Below are positions 10,306 through 18,543 of a DNA stretch of 64,000 bases, piece after piece. Under the pieces are notes generated by a model. It saw only the letters and a list, made by a program, of their open reading frames with translations. It made no database searches and had not been told where the DNA came from. The position numbers and the translations under genes are program-made. Positions within the stretch are counted from its first letter, which is position 1. Each line of letters opens with the position of its first letter. The stretch is from a virus: IMG/VR virus record IMGVR_UViG_3300031952_002809, positions 32,001 through 96,000 of that record. One strand, 5' to 3'.

Positions 10306-10494
10306 GTGGTGCGGTATAAACTAAGTGACGAGAAAAGGAGCATGCCTGTTCCTATTTCTCTCAGACCAAAACATATTGAAATGCTCAAAGAACTTGAAAT
10401 TGCAAAACGAGCAAATCGATCCTCTGTAATACAAAATCTTATTGAAGCAGAGTACAAAGCATATATAAATTCACTCGTTGTGGAAAAGGATTAA
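10306..10494 (+). CDS. Ribbon-helix-helix DNA-binding protein
   Basis: PVPISLRPKHIEMLKELEIAKRANRSSVIQNLIE matches the RHH strand-helix-helix pattern. Confidence 0.75.
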   Translation: MVRYKLSDEKRSMPVPISLRPKHIEMLKELEIAKRANRSSVIQNLIEAEYKAYINSLVVEKD

Positions 10495-10496
10495 CT

Positions 10497-10973
10497 ATGG
10501 CTGAAGGATCTTTTAACATTGACTTGAAAGAATATAATGATAAAGTAGAATATGATGCATACATATCTAAATCTGTAGCATTTGATCCGGCCTGCCTTAC
10601 GTTAGAAAATGTTCATGATATTCAAACAATCATGCAGGAAATAAATGCATTGTCGTACAAATTATATTTTTATGGATATCTTTGTGACATGCAGGCACGG
10701 GTACTTCAAGAGATTGAAGATGAGTTTAGCAAATGGATGGCTCAAAAGTATTTTGTAGAGAGTGTTGATGATAAACAATTTAAAACAGAGAAATCAAAAG
10801 AACGTCACATTTATATGACATACATGGTAGAATATCAAAAATATGAGAAAGCAATCGCAAATGAGAAATACAAACTCTCTCTTCTTCAGAGAGTAGTAAA
10901 AAGTCTTGAAAATTATGGATATAAATTACATGATCTAAAAGACTACAATATGACCATCAGTCGTAACATGTAA
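10497..10973 (+). CDS. UvsY-like recombination mediator (putative)
   Basis: All-helical 158 aa protein placed before SSB and RuvC; KTEKSKERHI...YQKYEK...LENYGYKL resembles the UvsY-like pattern. Confidence 0.45.
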   Translation: MAEGSFNIDLKEYNDKVEYDAYISKSVAFDPACLTLENVHDIQTIMQEINALSYKLYFYGYLCDMQARVLQEIEDEFSKWMAQKYFVESVDDKQFKTEKSKERHIYMTYMVEYQKYEKAIANEKYKLSLLQRVVKSLENYGYKLHDLKDYNMTISRNM

Positions 10974-11071
10974 CACCCTTGAATATTTTTACCCTTTGGG
11001 GTAATATAGAAAGTCCTTATGGGGACATAAACATTGCTCAATATGAGCGCAAAAAAACAAGGAGTAGCTTT

Positions 11072-12223
11072 ATGGACAATCAACAAGATCGTTTTGCTGA
11101 TGAAACTAATCGTATTAACGATGACTCTGGTGGGGAGAAAGAATACCCTGCTGAGATTAAGACCCCCTCGGGAACCTCAAATGTACTTCGTCTTCTTGAC
11201 GGATCACAATCTTTCAGAAAATATTCAATTAGTTGGTGCTTGTGTGATGATGATCAGATACGTCCTTTTATTGTTGAGAACGAGACTCAAGGAAAAGGTG
11301 TACTTGCTCGTATGCTAGGTGATGCTGATAATTTCTTTAAAGGCGGCTACCTTGAGTCTCGGAAGGGACAGTTTGGTAAAGCATACGTTCACCAACAAAA
11401 AGATCCCGAACTCTTTAAAAGAATAACAGAATACTGGAATCCTGGATATAATGGTACAGGTACCGCCAGACCAAAGAAAGAATATGTTTTCAATGCTATC
11501 CATCGCAATCCTGAGACAGTTGATGGAAGAACATTTAACTGGTGTGCTGAAAACAAACATACGAAACTGATTCGTCTTGGCCAGAGAGCTATGAAATCTT
11601 TAAAAATGGTTCGAGACAATAGCGGTGAATTTACTGTGTATGATATTGTTTTTTCTAAACAAGGATCTGGAGCAGATACTATTTTTGGTTTTATGAAGGG
11701 CGATATTGGTACACAATATAATGTTGTCGGACCTCTTACTGAAGCTGAATTGCAATATGAAAGGTATGACCTTGATTATATAGCCTCTCTTGCAAGTGCC
11801 GGATATGTTCTTAAAAATCTACGAAATTCTATTGAACGTATAAGTGCTGTTATGAGTGTTGGTTGGGTAGCTGAACTTGAAAAACAACAAGCTATTGAAC
11901 AAGCTGCATATGAGGCAGCTAAAAATGGTCAAGTGGATCAACAAGTTCCTCCTATTGTAACAACACCTCCGGCTGCTTCTATGGCTGCCCCCGCAGCACC
12001 AGCAGCTTTTGTACGACAGCCTGCAGTACGTGTAGCTTCTCCTCATGTTGAAGGAATACCACTTCAGCCGTGTGGGCATTGTCAGCAACCTATACCAGAA
12101 GGATCAATTACGTGTCCACGTTGTGCTGGCGTTCTTTTGTCAGATTGCGATATCTGCCACAAACCATTCTCGGTATTTTCTACAAAATGCCCTTTTTGTC
12201 TGACAGAATATAAAACGGTATAA
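11072..12223 (+). CDS. gp32-like single-stranded DNA-binding protein with C-terminal double zinc ribbon
   Basis: ATG at 11072 after AAGGAG. NVLRLL, RPKKEYVFNAI and YDIVFSKQGSG motifs; Ala/Pro linker followed by four CxxC pairs. Confidence 0.7.
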   Translation: MDNQQDRFADETNRINDDSGGEKEYPAEIKTPSGTSNVLRLLDGSQSFRKYSISWCLCDDDQIRPFIVENETQGKGVLARMLGDADNFFKGGYLESRKGQFGKAYVHQQKDPELFKRITEYWNPGYNGTGTARPKKEYVFNAIHRNPETVDGRTFNWCAENKHTKLIRLGQRAMKSLKMVRDNSGEFTVYDIVFSKQGSGADTIFGFMKGDIGTQYNVVGPLTEAELQYERYDLDYIASLASAGYVLKNLRNSIERISAVMSVGWVAELEKQQAIEQAAYEAAKNGQVDQQVPPIVTTPPAASMAAPAAPAAFVRQPAVRVASPHVEGIPLQPCGHCQQPIPEGSITCPRCAGVLLSDCDICHKPFSVFSTKCPFCLTEYKTV

Positions 12224-12236
12224 GAATATACATGGT

Positions 12237-12803
12237 TTGAAAAAAAACAATGTAATCTTCCTTGGCATCGATCCAAGCTTGACAGGTACGGGGCTTGTTT
12301 TAATTAATGAAGATTATAGCATCTTAGACATGATTAAACTCTTTACCCCCGCAATGAGGGTAGAGAGACTTTTTCACTTACAAAATAAGCTTCTTGAAGT
12401 ACTGAACAAATATACTACCATACGACAAATATGTGTAGAAGGGCCAGCTTTGCGTGAAACAGGTAAAATATTCGATTTGGGGCAGTGGGCAGGAATACTT
12501 TATCTGGAATTATATAAACACGGATTGACCCCTACTATTGTTGCTCCTATGCAATTAAAGAAATATGTTTCCGGTTTAGGAAAAAACCAGGGAAAGCCAG
12601 TTGTTATGCTTGATGTCTTTAAGAACTTTGGGGAAGAGATTAGAGACAATGACCTTGCAGATGCATATGTTTTAGCACGAATAGCTCATGATTTTTATGG
12701 ATTGTGTAATGAAGCTGAACTACCAAATATAAAAAAGTATCAGCTGGAAGTTCTTAATAAATTGTTTGAAGCCAAGAAAGATAAAAGCGGGACGTTACTA
12801 TGA
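12237..12803 (+). CDS. ruvC: RuvC-like Holliday junction resolvase
   Basis: FLGIDPSLTGTG, ICVEG, PMQLKKYVSG and DNDLADAYVLA motifs. Confidence 0.88.
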   Translation: MKKNNVIFLGIDPSLTGTGLVLINEDYSILDMIKLFTPAMRVERLFHLQNKLLEVLNKYTTIRQICVEGPALRETGKIFDLGQWAGILYLELYKHGLTPTIVAPMQLKKYVSGLGKNQGKPVVMLDVFKNFGEEIRDNDLADAYVLARIAHDFYGLCNEAELPNIKKYQLEVLNKLFEAKKDKSGTLL

Positions 12804-15800
12804 CCAGTTCTACAAAAAATGTGTTTTGTAAGAAATGTAGATTACATGAAGCTGCAAAGCATCCTATGCTTCTTGGAAGGGGGAACCCCTCCGCATCTGT
12901 GTTGCTGTTAGGTGAGGCGCCTGGAAAATCAGAGGATGAGCAAGGACAAGTATTCATAGGTAAGTCAGGCCAACTTCTACAGAACAAAGTAAATCTCGTT
13001 GAACTTGACTGCTTTGTGTCAAATTCAGTGTTGTGCCGTCCATCTGACAAAGCTGGAGGAAATGCTACACCGACAACGACCCAGATAGAGTGTTGCAAAC
13101 CGACAACAATTGATCTTATTCTTACTATGAAACCTCGAGTTGTTGTAGCTCTTGGTGCAATAGCCATGCAGCAATTACTTGATTTTAACCTCAATATGGA
13201 AATTGCTCGAGGCAAGGAATTTTATCATACTGTGTTGGATACGACTATAATACCAACGTATCATCCGGCATATCTTCTTCGAACGAATGATGCTCGATTT
13301 ATGAAAGAATTCACGGATGATCTGGCACTTGCAAAAAGAGTTTCAAACAAGCCCCGCTCTCGTAGAATAGCCTCAGTGCCTGTATCGCATAAGGACAGAT
13401 TTGAAATAGAGAAGTACTTTAATGAACTTAAGCAGTCGGAGTCGCTCTCAGTGGACTTAGAGACAACCTCGCTCAATCCTAAAAAGGGAAGGATAACTGA
13501 CATTTCTTTTTGTAATTCTGCGGGTAAGGGTGTCCATATAGAATGGAAATATCTTACAGAGAGACCTGACCTTTTAAGTTCACTTAAGGAAGTATTGGAA
13601 TCCCCTGCTGAGAAAGTATTTCACAATGCTGACTTTGATATTCGTTTCTTACGCTCAGTTGGGTTCACTGTTCCCGGTAAAATATTTGATACGATGCTTG
13701 CTTATCATACTATGACTATGAGCTATGAGGGGGGAAAGTCGGCATCATTATACAAATTAAAGACAATGGCCTGGTACATGACACAGGAGGGTGGCTATGA
13801 AGATGTCCTTGATGAGCATGGTGGAATTGTTGGAATACAAAAAGAGGACAAGAAAAAAAAGAATGATGTTGAGCAAGGATCGTTGTTTGATTCTGCTGAA
13901 TTAGATACTGTCGCTGGTTTCGATCCAGAGTACAATGCAAGATTAGTATATTGTTCTACATATATTAAAGATACAAAAGAGGCACGGCTCAAAGCACTGG
14001 GACTCGATCGTAAGGCATTTTATTCCGCCATGGACGCCGATGTTACTTTTAGAATCTATAAGTATTTGAAGCAAACTATTGATACATTATATAATTATTC
14101 CTTTTACAATATTACAATGCCTCTGTGTAAGGTTCTTATTAGAATACATGAGAATGGAATTATGGTAGATGTTCCCTACATTGATAAAATGATTGAAGAA
14201 AACAATATTATAGCAGAGTCAGTCAAGACTGACTTTTTCAAAGAAGCTAAATATGAATTTAATCTCAACTCAGTAGATCAGCTACGTGAGTTTATGTATA
14301 CGAAACTAAAACTTCAGGTTAATAATAAATATATTACAACAAAGGGGAAGCGACCTTCTACAGACGAGGAAGCAATTACATTTTTTTCAGAAAAGAAACC
14401 AATCCTAAAAAAGATATTGGAGTATCGTGGTGTTAATAAACAGACATCAACATACTTTGAGGGGTATAAGAAACTTGCGGATGAAATAGGTAGAGTTTAT
14501 CCGAGTTATCTTCAAATAGGAACAGCAACTTCCCGATTATCCGCCCGAGATCCAAACCTTCAAAATATTCCAAAGGACAATCGAGTACGAAATATTATTA
14601 TAGCTTCACCAGGACATAAGATTGTGTTGGCTGACCTTTGCTTGGCTGAGGGAACTTTAATAACAACTCGACGAGGGAATATTCCAATTGAGCAGGTGAC
14701 TACTGACGATTCTGTTAGACAGGAGGATGGCTCCTTTAAGAAAGTAACGAATGTCTTTTTTCGTGGGGTAAAAGAGGTGGTGACACTTACTACAGAATTA
14801 GGATACTCTATAGAGTTAACAAAACATCATAGATTAAGAGTTATCGATGCAGATGGGAATTATGTATGGAAAAGAGTAGGTGAACTTTCTGAATTAGATT
14901 ATGTGGCCATACAACCACACGTAATAAGAAGTAATAAAAGAATAAAATTAAATAGTATTGAATATACTCACTTTAGCAATAAAAAAATAAACAATATTCC
15001 TAAATATATGACTGAAGACTTTTGTGAGTTTTTGGGTTTTATGTGTGGTAATGGGACATTTGGTGTGCCTTACATGGCATTACGTTGGGCTGTTTGCGAT
15101 AAAGATAAAGATACCAATGATTACTTAAAAATACTGTTTAAAAGAATATTTAATGAACGGATAAGAGAATCCACACAATATAGAGGAATATTTGATTCTA
15201 GATTTTGTTCTAAACCGCTAATTAAGTATCTTTTAAATATTGGATTATCTAAAGAAAGGGTTCCTAAATTTTTATTTGAAGCCGATTCTAAATTGATTTG
15301 TGCGTGGCTTAGAGGTTTTTTTGAGTCTGATGGTAGTGTGGGGGATAGAGTATCTTGTTCCTCTTCAAGAAGAACTTTAATAGAGGATATTCAAAAGCTA
15401 CTCTTATCTGTTGGAATAATTTCAAATATATGGCAGTATAAATATGAAAAGCAGGGTAAGCAATTTGAGGCTGATCTTCTTAGTATAAAATCTTATTGGA
15501 CAGATGTTTTTTATAAAAAAATAGGATTCATAGGTAAAAGAAAAAATTCAATCTTAAAAGTATTAGTTGGAAAAACTAAAAAAAACCCAACGTATGGAAG
15601 ACATCCTAATTTAGGAAAAAAATCTAAAAAATATACTTATATAGATGAATTAAAGAATACCCGAAACAGGGGTGGTTTTGTTTCAATAAAAACAGCAAAA
15701 GAATTAAAAATAAAATATCCAGATGTTTATACAGAACTTGGTTTGAATAAGATCACTGATTGGGGGCAGATATATGTTAAATGCAATATAGATGAAAAAA

Positions 15801-16564
15801 TATCGGTTAAAGTTAAGACATATGATATTGAAGTAGAGGAAACTCATTCTTTTATAGCAAATGGTTTTGTTAGCCATAATTCACAGGTCGAGCTACGTAT
15901 TCTGGCAATGATATCTGGTGACACTAATATGATTAATGCCTTTAAATCGGGGCATGACTTTCATACATACACAGCGTGTTCAATGTTTGGTATACCTTTG
16001 GATCAGTTTGATAAGAAAATACCAGAACATGCTAACAAGCGCGATGCGGCAAAAACTATCAACTTCGGAATTGTGTACCAGATGCGGGCAGAGTCTCTCG
16101 CAGAGTCATTAGGTATTTCTTTAGACAAAGCTAAAGCGTTTATGAGGAGTTTTTTTGATGCTTATCCAAGAGTATCAGAATGGGTTACCTACATAAAAGC
16201 ATTTGCTCGGGCGAATGGGTATGTCGAAACTATATATGGGAGAAGAAGGTATTTACCGGATATAAGAAGCAGTGATGATTTTGTTCGGGAGTCTGCCGAG
16301 AGAAGAGCTGTGAACTCACCGATCCAATCGAGCTCGGGGGATGTGTGTTTTACAGGACTTATCCGTTTTCAAGACTGGCTTGATACGAATAATAAGAAAA
16401 CTCGTATCATAGGAACTGTTCACGATAGTATTTTGACAGAAGCTCCTGATGAAGAAGTTGAGGAGATATCTATAATGTTGCCAAAAATAATGACAACAGA
16501 TATTCCTCGAATTACTATCGACATCAAGGCTGACGTTGATATACTCCAGAAATGGAAAAAATAG
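12800..16564 (+). CDS. polA: Family-4 uracil-DNA glycosylase domain fused to family-A DNA polymerase (3'-5' exo + pol), intein-containing
   Basis: UDG motifs CKKCRL, GEAPG, CRP and TYHPA. Exo motifs DLETT, FHNADFD and YSAMDAD. Pol motif A ADL|SQVELR, motif B RDAAKTINFGIVY, motif C TVHDS. Confidence 0.93.
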   Translation: MTSSTKNVFCKKCRLHEAAKHPMLLGRGNPSASVLLLGEAPGKSEDEQGQVFIGKSGQLLQNKVNLVELDCFVSNSVLCRPSDKAGGNATPTTTQIECCKPTTIDLILTMKPRVVVALGAIAMQQLLDFNLNMEIARGKEFYHTVLDTTIIPTYHPAYLLRTNDARFMKEFTDDLALAKRVSNKPRSRRIASVPVSHKDRFEIEKYFNELKQSESLSVDLETTSLNPKKGRITDISFCNSAGKGVHIEWKYLTERPDLLSSLKEVLESPAEKVFHNADFDIRFLRSVGFTVPGKIFDTMLAYHTMTMSYEGGKSASLYKLKTMAWYMTQEGGYEDVLDEHGGIVGIQKEDKKKKNDVEQGSLFDSAELDTVAGFDPEYNARLVYCSTYIKDTKEARLKALGLDRKAFYSAMDADVTFRIYKYLKQTIDTLYNYSFYNITMPLCKVLIRIHENGIMVDVPYIDKMIEENNIIAESVKTDFFKEAKYEFNLNSVDQLREFMYTKLKLQVNNKYITTKGKRPSTDEEAITFFSEKKPILKKILEYRGVNKQTSTYFEGYKKLADEIGRVYPSYLQIGTATSRLSARDPNLQNIPKDNRVRNIIIASPGHKIVLADLCLAEGTLITTRRGNIPIEQVTTDDSVRQEDGSFKKVTNVFFRGVKEVVTLTTELGYSIELTKHHRLRVIDADGNYVWKRVGELSELDYVAIQPHVIRSNKRIKLNSIEYTHFSNKKINNIPKYMTEDFCEFLGFMCGNGTFGVPYMALRWAVCDKDKDTNDYLKILFKRIFNERIRESTQYRGIFDSRFCSKPLIKYLLNIGLSKERVPKFLFEADSKLICAWLRGFFESDGSVGDRVSCSSSRRTLIEDIQKLLLSVGIISNIWQYKYEKQGKQFEADLLSIKSYWTDVFYKKIGFIGKRKNSILKVLVGKTKKNPTYGRHPNLGKKSKKYTYIDELKNTRNRGGFVSIKTAKELKIKYPDVYTELGLNKITDWGQIYVKCNIDEKISVKVKTYDIEVEETHSFIANGFVSHNSQVELRILAMISGDTNMINAFKSGHDFHTYTACSMFGIPLDQFDKKIPEHANKRDAAKTINFGIVYQMRAESLAESLGISLDKAKAFMRSFFDAYPRVSEWVTYIKAFARANGYVETIYGRRRYLPDIRSSDDFVRESAERRAVNSPIQSSSGDVCFTGLIRFQDWLDTNNKKTRIIGTVHDSILTEAPDEEVEEISIMLPKIMTTDIPRITIDIKADVDILQKWKK
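14639..15880 (+). mobile_element. Intein (414 aa) with LAGLIDADG endonuclease in PolA motif A
   Basis: CLAEGT...FVSHN|S splice junctions; FLGFMCGNG and WLRGFFESDG blocks. Confidence 0.93.
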
Positions 16565-16581
16565 TTTGGAGGTTGGGGACC

Positions 16582-16941
16582 ATGCTATCAATATTGATTT
16601 ATGTTATTATTTTCTCGGTTCTTGCAGGAATAACTTATTTGTATTACAGAGAGATAAAAAAACCTCTGCGTGATAAAATAGAGGTTGGGACTGTTCTAGG
16701 TATTTTATTTCTCGTTGGTTTATTAACAGCAATAAATATCTATGTATATAAACCGCCTTTGCAAAAAATAAGAAAGGATGCCGGAGGAGATCCATTTGAA
16801 TCAGTTGAGAGAATTATTGTGGATAAAGTTCCTGATGATAGAACACAGATTACAATTGTTTCTGCTGTGGCTGATTCATCGTATACGGTTATCATATCAA
16901 AAGAAGATGCCAAACGACTAAGGGCAGCTTTAAAGGAATAG
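16582..16941 (+). CDS. Membrane protein (2 TM)
   Basis: Two hydrophobic helices; ATG at 16582 after GGAGG/GGGG is the preferred start. Confidence 0.6.
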   Translation: MLSILIYVIIFSVLAGITYLYYREIKKPLRDKIEVGTVLGILFLVGLLTAINIYVYKPPLQKIRKDAGGDPFESVERIIVDKVPDDRTQITIVSAVADSSYTVIISKEDAKRLRAALKE

Positions 16942-16950
16942 AGTAATATT

Positions 16951-17208
16951 ATGCCTTTTGAGATAAAATTAACATTGTTTCAAATAATACTCTGCTGGCT
17001 CGCTTTGGGGTTCGTCGGATCATTAGTTTTATTGTTTGAGAAGTGGTATTCAGAAAAAGTTGTAACAGCGAGTGATGTAGTGATAGCTAGTATGTCTATG
17101 ATCTTTGGGATAATATTACTTGGATTATCAGTTATAGCTCTTTTCTTAAAATTTTTATCAAAGGGAGATCCTATTATTATACACGGTAAAAAAGAGATAG
17201 AGGAATAA
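16951..17208 (+). CDS. Small membrane protein (2 TM)
   Basis: Two long hydrophobic stretches. Confidence 0.6.
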   Translation: MPFEIKLTLFQIILCWLALGFVGSLVLLFEKWYSEKVVTASDVVIASMSMIFGIILLGLSVIALFLKFLSKGDPIIIHGKKEIEE

Positions 17209-17232
17209 TTTATAGTATGGGGGAAAGATATA

Positions 17233-17448
17233 ATGTGCCTACTGATCGGATTTGCAGTTCTCTGTGTAATATTTTTTATATTTCAGCATTGGTCAGTGTT
17301 ACCAACACCACATTTACACGATTGGAGTTTGTACGAGTCTGAAGTAGAAATACATAAGAATAAACAATATTCTTATACAATCAAAAAATGTACTGTGTGT
17401 GGTACTACGTCAATGGAAATAAATAGTCAACAGTATAAAGTGAGTTAG
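17233..17448 (+). CDS. Small membrane-anchored protein with HxHxW...CxxC Zn motif
   Basis: N-terminal TM segment, then HLHDW...KCTVCG. Confidence 0.55.
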   Translation: MCLLIGFAVLCVIFFIFQHWSVLPTPHLHDWSLYESEVEIHKNKQYSYTIKKCTVCGTTSMEINSQQYKVS

Positions 17449-17450
17449 GA

Positions 17451-18533
17451 ATGCAAGTACAGATATCGGCAAGAGAGCTGGAGGACTGCCTTATTTATAT
17501 ACGGAAGGCTGTCGTACGAACTAAGTCAGTGATATCATCATCTATTGGAATTCAATTCCTTTTTAAAGATGGTATTCTTCGTCTGTATAGTTCAAATGGA
17601 GTTCAACCTTGCGAAGTTACATTTGGTGCTATTGCTTGTTCCAACTTTAATTGCGTGTTGGAGTTTTCCGTTTTATATAAAATAGTATCTCTTTCAGAAT
17701 CAGGTATGCTTGAGTTAACATTTGAATCTGATTCACTTTCTATTGTTTCAGGTAAAAATGAATATAATTTGGTGTACCTGACTGAAAGAGATTACTCTTT
17801 GCTTATTAATGATATCAGAGTAGAGGATACACCAATTGTTGAAATTCCAATAGCAGAGTTACGGAAAGCCGTTTTATTTCTATCTATATGTATACCGTCT
17901 TCTGCAATGTATTCTCGTTTCAGAGGAGTAAATTTTGATGGAAATCTGGTAGCAACAAATACGCATGGATTTGCTTACTATACAATGAATTTGACTATTG
18001 CTGAACCACTATTTATTTCAATAGAAAGTTTTAATTTGCTGGCTGGTATGGAAATTGCTGATGGTACTATTCTCTTGCATAAGAATGGAAATTGTGTTAT
18101 CGCTTCAGTTGGAAGAGCTCGGTACCTTATATCACTTATGGCAAATGCATTTCCTAAATATGATAGGATTGTGCAACGATTGAATAAGCATACACATACA
18201 GTTAGCATACCGAAAGATTTGTTTCTAAAAGCTTGCAAAAAGCTATCCTCATTCGTAGATGCTGATAGAAAGAATGCTGTATTTATTACTATTACTTCGG
18301 AAGAGATGTCATTGGCTGCTCGAGCAGAAACGAGAAAAGGTAAAGAAGTAATCGCAGTAGAAACTGAAAATATTTCAAATGAAGTGTCATTCTCTGTAAA
18401 TCTTGTGGATATTCTTGGATATGCTACTCGAGTTTCAGATACTACTGTACGGTTATCTTTTAATGGTACTATTGATGACTACGCCATTCGGGATGGTGGA
18501 GCCTGGTATATAGACAGAACATTAACAATATGA
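17451..18533 (+). CDS. dnaN: DNA polymerase III beta-type sliding clamp
   Basis: 360 aa three-domain repeat pattern; GVNF...LVATN.HG and FPKYDRIV motifs typical of DnaN. Confidence 0.8.
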   Translation: MQVQISARELEDCLIYIRKAVVRTKSVISSSIGIQFLFKDGILRLYSSNGVQPCEVTFGAIACSNFNCVLEFSVLYKIVSLSESGMLELTFESDSLSIVSGKNEYNLVYLTERDYSLLINDIRVEDTPIVEIPIAELRKAVLFLSICIPSSAMYSRFRGVNFDGNLVATNTHGFAYYTMNLTIAEPLFISIESFNLLAGMEIADGTILLHKNGNCVIASVGRARYLISLMANAFPKYDRIVQRLNKHTHTVSIPKDLFLKACKKLSSFVDADRKNAVFITITSEEMSLAARAETRKGKEVIAVETENISNEVSFSVNLVDILGYATRVSDTTVRLSFNGTIDDYAIRDGGAWYIDRTLTI

Positions 18534-18543
18534 GAGGTTATAC

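Noticed and set aside
12786-12803. RuvC C-terminal SGTLL as a second clamp-binding motif
   Set aside because: Lacks the conserved Gln and overlaps the polA RBS/start, which constrains the sequence.
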